Part shown: positions 27,728 through 37,774 of the stretch, in pieces
Numbering within the stretch: the stretch's first letter is position 1
Layout: every line of letters starts with the position of its first letter
Assembly: GCA_030431985.1 (NCBI GenBank)
Contig: JAUIIB010000003.1
Location: forward strand, 1-64,000
DNA: 64,000 nucleotides
From: Gammaproteobacteria bacterium
GTDB taxonomy: Bacteria; Pseudomonadota; Gammaproteobacteria; Burkholderiales; Nitrosomonadaceae
Reading direction: 5' to 3'
Position numbers and translations under genes: made by a program
Notes under the pieces: generated by a model
The model's database searches: none
What the model was told of the DNA's origin: nothing
The model's input: only the letters and a program-made list of their open reading frames with translations

Positions 27728-30283
27728 ATGTTTTCTAAAACCACATTTACTATTACGATTAATCCTAAAATACCGCCACGCCTGGAACGCCTGGAAGAAC
27801 TTGCCAACAATCTCTGGTACAGCTGGGATCGGGCCACGCGGGCATTATTTTCCCGACTCGATCCGATTCTGTGGGAGGCAGTCGGGCATAACCCTAAGGC
27901 GTTTCTCAAACGTACAGATGAATCTGTGCTGTTAAATGCTGCAAAAGACCCCTCTTTCCTGACGGCGTATGACAGCATTTTATCGATTTTTGATTCTTAT
28001 CTTTATGAACCATCGCAACAGGACAAGCTCAACGGCTTACATTCGACTGATCAAATTGCTTACTTTTGTTTTGAATTTGGCTTTCATGAAAGTCTACCAA
28101 TTTATTCGGGGGGTCTAGGCATACTGGCTGGCGATCATTGCAAGGCTGCGAGCGATTTGCATTTGCCATTCGTCGCTGTCGGCTTACTGTATCGACAAGG
28201 TTATTTTTTCCAAAAGATCGATAATCAAGGCAATCAGCACGCAATCTACACGGATTCAAATTTTGAAGATCTACCGGTGTCACCGGCACTCAATGGTGAC
28301 GGTACGGAAATGCACATTAAAGTCTCATTGCCGGATCGACAAGTTACAGTAAAGATATGGATGGTCAAGATCGGCCGCGTCAAACTGTATTTGCTCGATA
28401 CAGATTTACCAGAAAACTCGCCGCAAGACCGCAATATTACCCACAAGTTATATGGCGGCGACAAAACTATGCGGATAGAGCAGGAAATTATTCTGGGCGT
28501 AGGCGGTGTGCGTGCCTTACATGAGTTAGGTATTAAACCAACGGTATGGCATATCAACGAAGGCCACGCCGCGTTTATGATACCGGAACGCATCCGTATG
28601 ATGACCCATCAAAATCTTGATTTCGCCAGCGCGTTGGAAGCAGTCTCAGCAAGCACTGTATTCACAACACATACTGCGGTACCGGCAGGCCATGACCACT
28701 TCAGTGAAGAAATGATACGAAGTTATTTCGAATCATACTATCAGGATCTAAATATCACACACGAAACATTTATGGCGCTTGGCCAAACAGCAAGTTGTGC
28801 AGAATTCAATATGACCGCACTCGCTATTCGCGGTTCTCGTACACATAACGGTGTCAGTAAAATACACGGCAATGTATCTGCAAAAATCTGCCAGGATTTA
28901 TGGCCACAAATAGAGCCGGAAGATAATCCTATGAGTTCAATCACAAACGGTGTTCACGTTCCGACTTTTCTTGCACAGGAATGGTCCGATCTGTTTGATC
29001 GTTTTTTGGGATATGGCTGGCGCAATAGATTATGTGATGAGGAATTCTGGCAACGAATCCACGATATCCCCGATCACATGTTCTGGAGTATACGACAATC
29101 TTTAAAATCACTGATGCTCTTTTCCGTTCGTGATCGTCTTGCCGAACAGAACACCCGCAATCACGGCTCCGATGCACATTTGGATCGCTTGCTTAAATTC
29201 ACCGACCCAATTAATCCCAACATACTGACCATTGGCTTTGCGCGCCGTTTCGCGACTTACAAGCGTGCCGCATTGTTATTCGAAAACCTGAACTGGCTCC
29301 GAAAAATAGTACTCGACGATGAGCGGCCTGTGTTACTAATCTTCGCCGGTAAGGCGCATCCGGCGGATGAGCCTGGGCAGGACCTGATACGACGCATCAG
29401 CCAGATTGCGCATATGCCCGAATTTGAAGGCAGGCTTCTTCTTGTCGAAGGATATGATTTACGATTAGCCAGGCGTTTGGTCTCTGGCGTAGATATATGG
29501 CTCAACAATCCGATTTATCCACTTGAAGCCAGCGGCACATCAGGAATTAAAGCAGGAATTAACGGTTCTATTAATTTGAGTATTCTCGATGGCTGGTGGG
29601 AAGAAGGATACGACGGCAATAATGGCTGGGCCGTTAAGCCCGGTCCGGAAAATATGGAATCAGTCATGCGTGATCAGGATGAAAGTCAGGCACTGTATGA
29701 AATCCTGCAAGATCAGGTGATTCCACTCTATTACAACAGCGGAAAATTAGGCTACTCTCCGGAATGGGTCAGAATGGCCAAACATTCCATGGCATCATTA
29801 ATGCCAAGATTTAATGCATCACGAATGGTGGGAGAATACCTGCACCAGTTTTATCATCCAGCATGTCATCAAAACAGACTTTACTCATCGGATCAATTCT
29901 CAAATGCAAGGGAAATTGCCGCATGGAAACAACGTATCAGACATGCATGGCAGGGTGTTACGATTCGCCGCCTGGACACACCACGCACGCGGGCGGATTT
30001 CAATGAAGTATTACATTTTAAAGTGGCTGCTCAGCTTAACGGCCTGAAACCAGTGGATGTTGTTTTAGAATTACTGATTTGCCGCCAATTCAGAAAAGTC
30101 CGGCTCGACAAGTTCAGTCATTTTACTTTCGAATTTACAGGTATTGAAGAACAGGGCGAGCATATCTTTGAACTTAAGCTTTCCCCTGAACTGTGCGGAA
30201 AACAGGAGTATTTTATCCGTATTTATCCCTACCATACACTGCTGACACACCCGTTGGAGATGGGCATGATGGTTTGGCTCTAG
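27728..30283 (+). CDS. glgP: Alpha-glucan phosphorylase family protein (GT35; DUF3417-type N-terminus)
   Basis: 851 aa with conserved N-terminal LWYSWD..ATRALFSRLDP..W and GT35 core; PLP-binding region present. Confidence 0.75.
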   Translation: MFSKTTFTITINPKIPPRLERLEELANNLWYSWDRATRALFSRLDPILWEAVGHNPKAFLKRTDESVLLNAAKDPSFLTAYDSILSIFDSYLYEPSQQDKLNGLHSTDQIAYFCFEFGFHESLPIYSGGLGILAGDHCKAASDLHLPFVAVGLLYRQGYFFQKIDNQGNQHAIYTDSNFEDLPVSPALNGDGTEMHIKVSLPDRQVTVKIWMVKIGRVKLYLLDTDLPENSPQDRNITHKLYGGDKTMRIEQEIILGVGGVRALHELGIKPTVWHINEGHAAFMIPERIRMMTHQNLDFASALEAVSASTVFTTHTAVPAGHDHFSEEMIRSYFESYYQDLNITHETFMALGQTASCAEFNMTALAIRGSRTHNGVSKIHGNVSAKICQDLWPQIEPEDNPMSSITNGVHVPTFLAQEWSDLFDRFLGYGWRNRLCDEEFWQRIHDIPDHMFWSIRQSLKSLMLFSVRDRLAEQNTRNHGSDAHLDRLLKFTDPINPNILTIGFARRFATYKRAALLFENLNWLRKIVLDDERPVLLIFAGKAHPADEPGQDLIRRISQIAHMPEFEGRLLLVEGYDLRLARRLVSGVDIWLNNPIYPLEASGTSGIKAGINGSINLSILDGWWEEGYDGNNGWAVKPGPENMESVMRDQDESQALYEILQDQVIPLYYNSGKLGYSPEWVRMAKHSMASLMPRFNASRMVGEYLHQFYHPACHQNRLYSSDQFSNAREIAAWKQRIRHAWQGVTIRRLDTPRTRADFNEVLHFKVAAQLNGLKPVDVVLELLICRQFRKVRLDKFSHFTFEFTGIEEQGEHIFELKLSPELCGKQEYFIRIYPYHTLLTHPLEMGMMVWL

Positions 30284-30450
30284 ATTTGGGATAAATACAA
30301 CAACTGCCAAAAATAAGCTCAGTTTATTGGCGTTCCCATCACGGTTGCGAACCTTCAGTTTATCATTTGTTATGATAGAAAAACTGAAGTACTGATACGA
30401 TCTGCTTTCATCTGATACGGTAACGCCATACACAATAAAGGAAGCACAAC

Positions 30451-31161
30451 ATGACCTCACTTGAAAACGTGCATATAAACACAGCATCGCGTACCGGCGA
30501 TGGTCCAGGCCCATTCTTTATCAAAGACTGCGCGCTTGTTGCGTTAGCAACCGGCAAGCGCGCACGTATGCTGCAGGAGTTTAGAAACGAATTAATTGAT
30601 ATCGACGAATCGAGCATCTATCATCATTACTGGGGCGGTTTAATGCTAGCGCACTTTGACGAGCCTGAATTCAATAATGATTTTGCAGCCTGGATCAGAC
30701 ATGGCATTCATGACGTGATTCTGGCAGAACGAATTGCAGCGCTGGATCCATCTGATTTTTCGGATCTCGAATCTTTACGCCAGGAGATGATCGAGCTGAT
30801 CGATATGCGTATTGATGAGTGCGAAAGCCTGCTTTGGATGCGCGCCACACTGCAATTTGAATTCATTCGCTCACAAATCATTGTTTTTGATACCACACGT
30901 CTTTTACAGCATCCGACAAATTTGGCATCTGCTATTGAGCACTTTTCTACGACCAGCATTTTCTATCACTTTATTGATGCGCGTCGGCGTACTGCACACG
31001 CAAACGATGATTTCAGCGACTGGCTTGCAGGCTTTGGTGCTGAATTTGAACCACTGCGTGAACAAATTGCTGAAATTGATCCCTATTTCAGCAGCCTCAC
31101 CGAACTGCGCACACAATTGGCACGTATTTTTCAGACTTATTTCCGGGAGACAGATTCATGA
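30451..31161 (+). CDS. Conserved hypothetical protein (acidic, helical), translationally coupled (ATGA overlap) to the downstream GT4 glycosyltransferase
   Basis: 236 aa with no recognisable catalytic motif. 4-nt overlap with the next gene; lies inside the glucan/trehalose cluster. Confidence 0.5.
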   Translation: MTSLENVHINTASRTGDGPGPFFIKDCALVALATGKRARMLQEFRNELIDIDESSIYHHYWGGLMLAHFDEPEFNNDFAAWIRHGIHDVILAERIAALDPSDFSDLESLRQEMIELIDMRIDECESLLWMRATLQFEFIRSQIIVFDTTRLLQHPTNLASAIEHFSTTSIFYHFIDARRRTAHANDDFSDWLAGFGAEFEPLREQIAEIDPYFSSLTELRTQLARIFQTYFRETDS

Positions 31162-32423
31162 GTTTATTGGATGATTATGCGCATATCACCGGAGACGATG
31201 TCATCGCCCATTTGCGTCAGCTTGCCGCGCCTTTTTCCGGTGCAAAAGTTGTACATGTCAACTCCACCCGCGTCGGCGGTGGCGTTGCAGAAATTCTGAC
31301 CAAAATGGTACCGCTCATGCAAGAACTCGGTATTGATACAAGCTGGGAAGTAATCACCGGTGAGAGCCAGTTCTTCGAATGTACCAAAGGTATGCACAAC
31401 ACGCTTCAGGGCAATCAGATTCATATAAGTGACACATTGCTGAAAGTTTATGAACAAACCAATGCCAACAATGCAGAATCAATGCGTGAGGTGTTGACAG
31501 AAGCAGATTTCGTATTTATTCATGACCCTCAACCCGCCGCTTTACTGCAACATTTTCCAAATCGCAAGGGGAAATGGATCTGGCGCTGTCATATCGACGC
31601 CAGCCACCCATACCGTCCGGTTTGGAAATATCTACGCCAGTTTATTGCGCCATATAATGCTAGCATCTTTTCATTAGCAGCGTTTGCCCGCGAACTGCCA
31701 CACCCGATTTATCTGATACCACCCAGTATTGATCCACTCAGTGACAAGAATATCGAATTAAAGCCCGGGGCGATTCAGCATGTATATGAACGATACTCAC
31801 TGGATCCAGAGCGGCCGCTAATTCTACAGGTTTCACGCTTTGACCGATTCAAAGACCCTGTCGGGGTTATCGAAGCCTACCGGCTGGCCAAAAAATACAT
31901 ACCTTCTCTGCAATTGGTTCTGGCCGGCGGCGAGGCCACGGATGATCCTGAGGGCAGTATCGTACTCAGCGAGGTACAGGAAGCCGCCCAGGGCGATCCA
32001 GACATTCATATTCTGTTACTGCCGTCGGACGCACATTTGGAAATTAATGCATTACAACGGGTATCAAACATTATTTTACAAAAATCGATTCGCGAGGGTT
32101 TCGGCCTGACCGTCACTGAAGCCATGTGGAAAGCTAAGCCAGTCATTGGCGGTGATGTCGGCGGCATCCGCCTGCAGGTTATCGATCACCATACCGGTTT
32201 TCTCGCCAATACACCCGAGGGCGCTGCATTACGGATCCGATATTTATTGAACCAGCCTGATAAAATCAATGAAATGGGAAACAAAGCCCGGATTTTTGTA
32301 CGCGATAATTTTCTGATTACCCGCCATCTGCGCGAATACCTAACGCTCATGGTCGCATTACTATATGGATCACAAGATCGTATCGAGCTTTCCAGATCAA
32401 ATCTACAACCACATCAACGATGA
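31158..32423 (+). CDS. GT4-family glycosyltransferase (trehalose-synthase TreT-like or sucrose/glucosyl transferase-like)
   Basis: GT-B fold; C-terminal EX7E motif region REGFGLTVTEAMWKAKPVIGGDVGGI; 421 aa. Confidence 0.55.
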   Translation: MSLLDDYAHITGDDVIAHLRQLAAPFSGAKVVHVNSTRVGGGVAEILTKMVPLMQELGIDTSWEVITGESQFFECTKGMHNTLQGNQIHISDTLLKVYEQTNANNAESMREVLTEADFVFIHDPQPAALLQHFPNRKGKWIWRCHIDASHPYRPVWKYLRQFIAPYNASIFSLAAFARELPHPIYLIPPSIDPLSDKNIELKPGAIQHVYERYSLDPERPLILQVSRFDRFKDPVGVIEAYRLAKKYIPSLQLVLAGGEATDDPEGSIVLSEVQEAAQGDPDIHILLLPSDAHLEINALQRVSNIILQKSIREGFGLTVTEAMWKAKPVIGGDVGGIRLQVIDHHTGFLANTPEGAALRIRYLLNQPDKINEMGNKARIFVRDNFLITRHLREYLTLMVALLYGSQDRIELSRSNLQPHQR

Positions 32424-32442
32424 AAACAACTAACGACACCAC

Positions 32443-34305
32443 ATGACTGATAGTTCTTCCGGCCATTCATGCCATCAGATGCCGTTTGGCGCTGAATTAC
32501 TGGATGGCCAAGTGCGTTTTCGCCTCTGGGCACCTGCGGCAAGAACCGTCGATCTTCATTTGAAGGATGGCGTTCATGAAAAGGCCGAGTCAATGTCGGC
32601 CTTAGCCGACGGTTGGTTTGGAATCACCACAGAATCGGCGCAACCGGGAACTTATTATCGATTTTGTATCGATGGCAACACACATATACCAGATCCTGTA
32701 TCACGTTTTCAGCCGGAAGACGTACATGGCCCCAGTGAAGTTATTGATCCCCATAGCTGGAACTGGCAGGACGCTCACTGGCAGGGAAGGCCATGGGAAG
32801 AAACTGTCATTTACGAATTACACGTCGGCAGCTTTACGGCCGAGGGTAACTTTGCGGGTGTTCTGAAAAAGCTTGATCACCTGGTCAATCTCGGCATCAC
32901 CGCAATTGAATTGATGCCCGTCGCGGACTTCCCAGGAAAATGCAGTTGGGGTTATGACGGTGTTTCACTTTTTGCACCCGACAGTCAGTACGGCAGACCC
33001 AATGAGCTAAAAGCCCTAATCGATGCGGCACATGCCCGGAATCTAATGGTTTTTCTGGATGTGGTTTACAACCATTTTGGCCCGGAAGGAAATTATTTGC
33101 ATCTTTACGCACCGCAGTTCTTTTCCACTAAGCATCATACACCTTGGGGCGCCGCAATCAATTTTGACGGTGCGCACAGTCACTGGGTAAGACAGTTCTT
33201 TACCCACAATGCCTTATTCTGGCTGAATGAATATCATATTGACGGATTACGCTTAGACGCCGTTCACGCGATAGCAGACGACTCGCAGCCCGATATCCTG
33301 ACAGAACTGTCGGGCCACGTACACCAAAATTTCGCTAATGAACGTCATATCCATCTCATTCTTGAGAATGACGACAACGCATCTCGCTACCTTACACACA
33401 ATATTGACAACAATGGGAATGCGTACACTGCCCAATGGAATGACGACAGTCATCACACACTACATGTTCTGCTAACCAATGAAGTCAGTGGATATTACGC
33501 GGATTATGCTGACAATCCCGTGCATCAGCTTGGGCGTTGCCTGACAGAAGGCTTTGCCTATCAGGGTGAACAATCAGCTTATCGTAATCATCAACCCCGC
33601 GGCGAAACAAGCACTCACTTACCACTTACAGCTTTTGTATCCTTTTTGCAAAACCATGACCAGATAGGTAACCGCGCCTTTGGAGAGCGCATACAGTCAC
33701 TGGCTAAACCGGCTCAAATCCGTGCCGCTGTCGCCATCCTGCTGCTCGCACCCTCGCCTCCGCTGTTATTCATGGGCGAAGAGTGGGGTTGCCGCCAACC
33801 GTTTCCTTTCTTCTGCGATTTTGGTGCCGACCTGGCCGATGCGGTGATTAACGGGCGACGTGAAGAATTCGCCCGATTTCCAGAGTTTAGCGATCCAGCT
33901 GAACGTGAGCGTATTCCCAATCCAATGGCTGTGGATACATTCGAGCAAGCCATCTTGAACTGGGAAAACAACGATCATCCAGATCATCTGTACTGGTTGG
34001 ATTTGTACCGGGAACTGCTCGATCTGCGCCATCGCAAAATTATTCCCCATTTACCCGACTCGCCAACCCAAACCAAAGGATTCAACCAACTCGATGTACA
34101 AGTTATGAACGCCTATTGGACACTAAAACATAATATCCGGTTAGAATTATTTGCCAATCTCGGTGAGGCATCATTCGACGGATGTAATTTTTTGCCACAA
34201 ACTATTCTATACACCACACATATCGACAGATTCAATCAAGCTAACAATCACACCCTCCCCCCCTGGTCTGTTGTCTGGTGTCTGAGCAAAAGGACGGCGC
34301 CATGA
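32443..34305 (+). CDS. treZ: Malto-oligosyltrehalose trehalohydrolase (GH13)
   Basis: N-terminal E-set domain (VRFRLWAP), catalytic GH13 regions ..LDVVYNHFGPEGNYL.., GLRLDAVHAI..; 620 aa. Confidence 0.85.
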   Translation: MTDSSSGHSCHQMPFGAELLDGQVRFRLWAPAARTVDLHLKDGVHEKAESMSALADGWFGITTESAQPGTYYRFCIDGNTHIPDPVSRFQPEDVHGPSEVIDPHSWNWQDAHWQGRPWEETVIYELHVGSFTAEGNFAGVLKKLDHLVNLGITAIELMPVADFPGKCSWGYDGVSLFAPDSQYGRPNELKALIDAAHARNLMVFLDVVYNHFGPEGNYLHLYAPQFFSTKHHTPWGAAINFDGAHSHWVRQFFTHNALFWLNEYHIDGLRLDAVHAIADDSQPDILTELSGHVHQNFANERHIHLILENDDNASRYLTHNIDNNGNAYTAQWNDDSHHTLHVLLTNEVSGYYADYADNPVHQLGRCLTEGFAYQGEQSAYRNHQPRGETSTHLPLTAFVSFLQNHDQIGNRAFGERIQSLAKPAQIRAAVAILLLAPSPPLLFMGEEWGCRQPFPFFCDFGADLADAVINGRREEFARFPEFSDPAERERIPNPMAVDTFEQAILNWENNDHPDHLYWLDLYRELLDLRHRKIIPHLPDSPTQTKGFNQLDVQVMNAYWTLKHNIRLELFANLGEASFDGCNFLPQTILYTTHIDRFNQANNHTLPPWSVVWCLSKRTAP

Positions 34306-37220
34306 CACCATCGAGCTTGCCCCGGGCAACTTACCGTTTGCAGTTTAACCGTTCATTCACATTTAACGATGCGACAGATATTATTGCCTACTTACATGAA
34401 CTGGGCGTCAGTCATGTGTACGCCTCTCCATTCCTTAAAGCCCGTGCCGGCAGTCTACATGGCTATAACATTGTCGATCATAATACGCTGAATCCGGAAA
34501 TCGGCAGCAAGACTGATTTTAAACGATATATTGCACAGCTTCACCACTATGGCATAGGGCAAATCCTGGACATTGTTCCCAATCATATGGGAGTCGGCGG
34601 CGATGACAACCATTGGTGGCTCGACGTACTTGAAAATGGTGAAGCATCGAATTATGCCACCTATTTTGATATCGACTGGCATCCCGCCAATCCGGCTTTA
34701 CACAACAAATTGCTGCTGCCCTTTCTCGGCGACCATTATGGGACGGTTCTGGAAAACGGAGAATTGAAGCTTGAGTTTGACAGTCAAAATGGTGCGTTTA
34801 ATGTACGCTATTATGAACATTTGTTTCCGATAGACCCACGTACCTATCCACAAATTTTGGGACTCGAACTTAACAGGCTTGCGCAGCATGATCATCAGTC
34901 CCAAAGGTTATTTGAAGCATTAACTGTACTCATTGCAGCATGTAAATCTCTGCCACGCAGAACAGATCTTTCTCAAAAACTGCGCGCCCAGCGCCAGCAT
35001 GCAGCCATGGCATGTAAAAGTCATTTGGCCGATCTTTGCAGGAATCACACCGAAGCGCTCGAATTTATACAGACTAATCTTGCCTGTTTTAATAGCGATA
35101 CCAGACATTCAACCAGTTTTAACCGGCTGCATTATTTATTGGAAGCTCAGGCCTACCGATTGTCCTACTGGAAAGTGGCCACAGAGGAAATTAATTACAG
35201 GCGTTTCTTCGATATCAATGAGTTAGCTGCAGTTTGTACCGAAAATAAAGAAGTATTCAACGCCACACACCAGTTTATCCGGCAAATGATCCGTTTGGGC
35301 CAAATCAACGGCCTGCGCGTCGATCATCCTGACGGACTTTCCGATCCATTCGCCTACTATAACCACCTACAACAGTTGATCCAACAAGAAACTGGCGGCC
35401 ATTCAAATACAAACGGTGAATATTTTGGTTTGTGGATCGAAAAAATTCTGGCCAACTTTGAATACTTACCGCCCGACTGGCCTGTCAGCGGGACTACAGG
35501 ATATGACATTGCTTTTTTATTGAATGGTATTTTTGTCCGCCAGCAAACCGAACAACCAATTAATCGAATTTACAGCCGGTTTATCGGACAAAACCTGGAT
35601 TTTGAAGAATTGCTTCATGACCGTAAAAAACTCGTCACGCACCGTATGCTGTCAAGCGAACTATCGGTGCTCGCCAACCTGCTTAGTCACATTGCCCAAG
35701 CCAATCGGCGAACTCGAGACTTCACCTATTTGTCACTGCGCGACGCACTCAGCGAGGTGGTTTCTTGCTTTCCAATCTACCGGACTTACATTTCCGCCAC
35801 ACAGGTCAGCGAAGAAGATACTCGTTATGTGCAATGGGCCATTACACAAGCAAAAAAACGTAATCCGGCAGCCGATATTCATATCTTTGATTTCATCGAG
35901 CACCTATTGTTATTAACACATCTGGATAAATATGATGTTGATATACGCCCTAAAATTAAGCAATTCGTCCTGAAATTCCAGCAATATACCTCACCGGTTA
36001 TGGCCAAAGGCCTCGAAGACACCACGTTTTATATCTACAACCGTCTCGTGTCTCTTAACGATGTTGGTTTCAACACATGCGCCTTCGGCATTTCGGTTGC
36101 TGCTTTTCATCTGGCCAATAAACAACGGCAAACCAACTGGCCGCAGGCTATGGTCACCACATCCACCCATGACAGTAAGCGCAGCGAAGATGTCCGGTCA
36201 CGCATTAACATCTTGTCGGAAATTCCCAACGAATGGCAACGACACTTAAGCCGATGGGGAAGGCTGAACCGCAACAAAAAACGGTTGATCAATCAGGAAC
36301 GTGCTCCCTCACGCAACGACGAATACCTGATTTATCAAACTCTGATTGGAGCATGGCCGCTACAATCCCAAGCAATTGTAAACAATGAAGATGCTCTGAG
36401 AACACTGCACGTTCGTATCGAGTCCTATATCCTCAAGGCTATAAAGGAAGCCAAGGTACACACTTCATGGATCAACCCTAATGAGGAATATGAAGACGCC
36501 ACCCGGCATTTTATAAGTGCACTGCTGGCCCATCCAAAACGTAATGCCTTCCTGACAGACTTCCTTCCGTTTCAGCGATATATTGCGCACTTTGGACTGT
36601 TCAATAGTCTCTCGCAAACATTACTAAAGCTGACCATACCCGGCATACCTGATATATATCAAGGCTGTGAGCTGTGGGCATTCAATCTGGTTGATCCTGA
36701 TAACCGGCGTCCTGTTGATTATCAGCACCGGCATCAGGTATTGAAAACACTCATTAAAGCGTCTGGAACATGTTCCAAATTATCCGATTTCACGCGCCAA
36801 TTGCTAGCACAAATTGATAACGGACAGGCCAAACTCTATGTGACCTGGAAAATTCTGACATTTCGCAACCAACACCCGCAACTGTTTCAAAACGGCAGTT
36901 ATACCGGTCTTGCCACGCACGGTTTGAAGGCCGATCACATCTGTGCATTCGCACGCAGCCATGAAGAACAGACTATTATCGTCGCTGCTGCCCGTGAATT
37001 CGTACCGTTGATAAACGCAGAGAACAATTTGCCTATTGGTCGACCGGTTTGGGAAGATACCCTGGTTGAAATTCCCGAAATACCTAACCCAGCACCGCAA
37101 ACCTTTCGCAACATCTTTACCGGCGAGCTGATTAAAAGCACATGTATCGATGGCCAGTATTACCTTGAAGCGGCTAATGTGTTTGACAGTTTTTCGGTGG
37201 GAATATTAGTAAACGCATAA
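34302..37220 (+). CDS. treY: Malto-oligosyltrehalose synthase (GH13)
   Basis: N-terminus ATYRLQFNRSFTFNDATDIIAYLHELGVSHVYASPF is diagnostic of TreY. Start at 34302 overlaps treZ (ATGA); ~970 aa. Confidence 0.85.
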   Translation: MTPSSLPRATYRLQFNRSFTFNDATDIIAYLHELGVSHVYASPFLKARAGSLHGYNIVDHNTLNPEIGSKTDFKRYIAQLHHYGIGQILDIVPNHMGVGGDDNHWWLDVLENGEASNYATYFDIDWHPANPALHNKLLLPFLGDHYGTVLENGELKLEFDSQNGAFNVRYYEHLFPIDPRTYPQILGLELNRLAQHDHQSQRLFEALTVLIAACKSLPRRTDLSQKLRAQRQHAAMACKSHLADLCRNHTEALEFIQTNLACFNSDTRHSTSFNRLHYLLEAQAYRLSYWKVATEEINYRRFFDINELAAVCTENKEVFNATHQFIRQMIRLGQINGLRVDHPDGLSDPFAYYNHLQQLIQQETGGHSNTNGEYFGLWIEKILANFEYLPPDWPVSGTTGYDIAFLLNGIFVRQQTEQPINRIYSRFIGQNLDFEELLHDRKKLVTHRMLSSELSVLANLLSHIAQANRRTRDFTYLSLRDALSEVVSCFPIYRTYISATQVSEEDTRYVQWAITQAKKRNPAADIHIFDFIEHLLLLTHLDKYDVDIRPKIKQFVLKFQQYTSPVMAKGLEDTTFYIYNRLVSLNDVGFNTCAFGISVAAFHLANKQRQTNWPQAMVTTSTHDSKRSEDVRSRINILSEIPNEWQRHLSRWGRLNRNKKRLINQERAPSRNDEYLIYQTLIGAWPLQSQAIVNNEDALRTLHVRIESYILKAIKEAKVHTSWINPNEEYEDATRHFISALLAHPKRNAFLTDFLPFQRYIAHFGLFNSLSQTLLKLTIPGIPDIYQGCELWAFNLVDPDNRRPVDYQHRHQVLKTLIKASGTCSKLSDFTRQLLAQIDNGQAKLYVTWKILTFRNQHPQLFQNGSYTGLATHGLKADHICAFARSHEEQTIIVAAAREFVPLINAENNLPIGRPVWEDTLVEIPEIPNPAPQTFRNIFTGELIKSTCIDGQYYLEAANVFDSFSVGILVNA

Positions 37221-37774
37221 ACCTTATTCCCATTATATATAGCTAAACGACACTACTGAAAAGAAAAAACCTCTTTTTCTAAATAATTCTTCATCTAATA
37301 AGATGCAGTTAAACTACAAACGATGTCTGGAGAAACTTGCTTTCCATAACGGAATGATGTATAAATCCAACCAGAGTTGCAATTACTCTTGCTAGAATGA
37401 TGCTGTAAAGCTACAGCACTCCCTGAAAAGGGGTTCCTGAAGATCTTCCATCAACATGTCGATCCTAAGCGTTTGAATAAGAGTGAGCCGGATAGCTGCA
37501 AGGCAGCCATCTGAATGATTACTCTCTAACCACGCAAACGAAAAGATCATAAAAACGACACACAACCAAGCAGTAAAACAAGACAAGAATATAAGGCTGC
37601 ATTGTTTTTGAAAAAGCCAAGTTGAAGCATGGCGACTAGTCCAGGCAGTGTATCTGCTTTACTTCTCTAGTTATTAAAGCGTGGTTCTTACCAGAATTAA
37701 TAACCATCATTCATCGCAGACATGAGTCTTCGCACTGAACGCGGAGCATTATTGCCTGTAGCAAGGAATAATAT

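Noticed and set aside
37460-37520. CCGGATAGCTGCAAGGCAGCC resembling the SRP (4.5S) RNA domain IV sequence GGAAGCAGCCAAGGCAG
   Set aside because: It forms a simple, nearly perfect hairpin and not the asymmetric-loop SRP domain. There are no flanking 5'/3' closing helices of 4.5S RNA.
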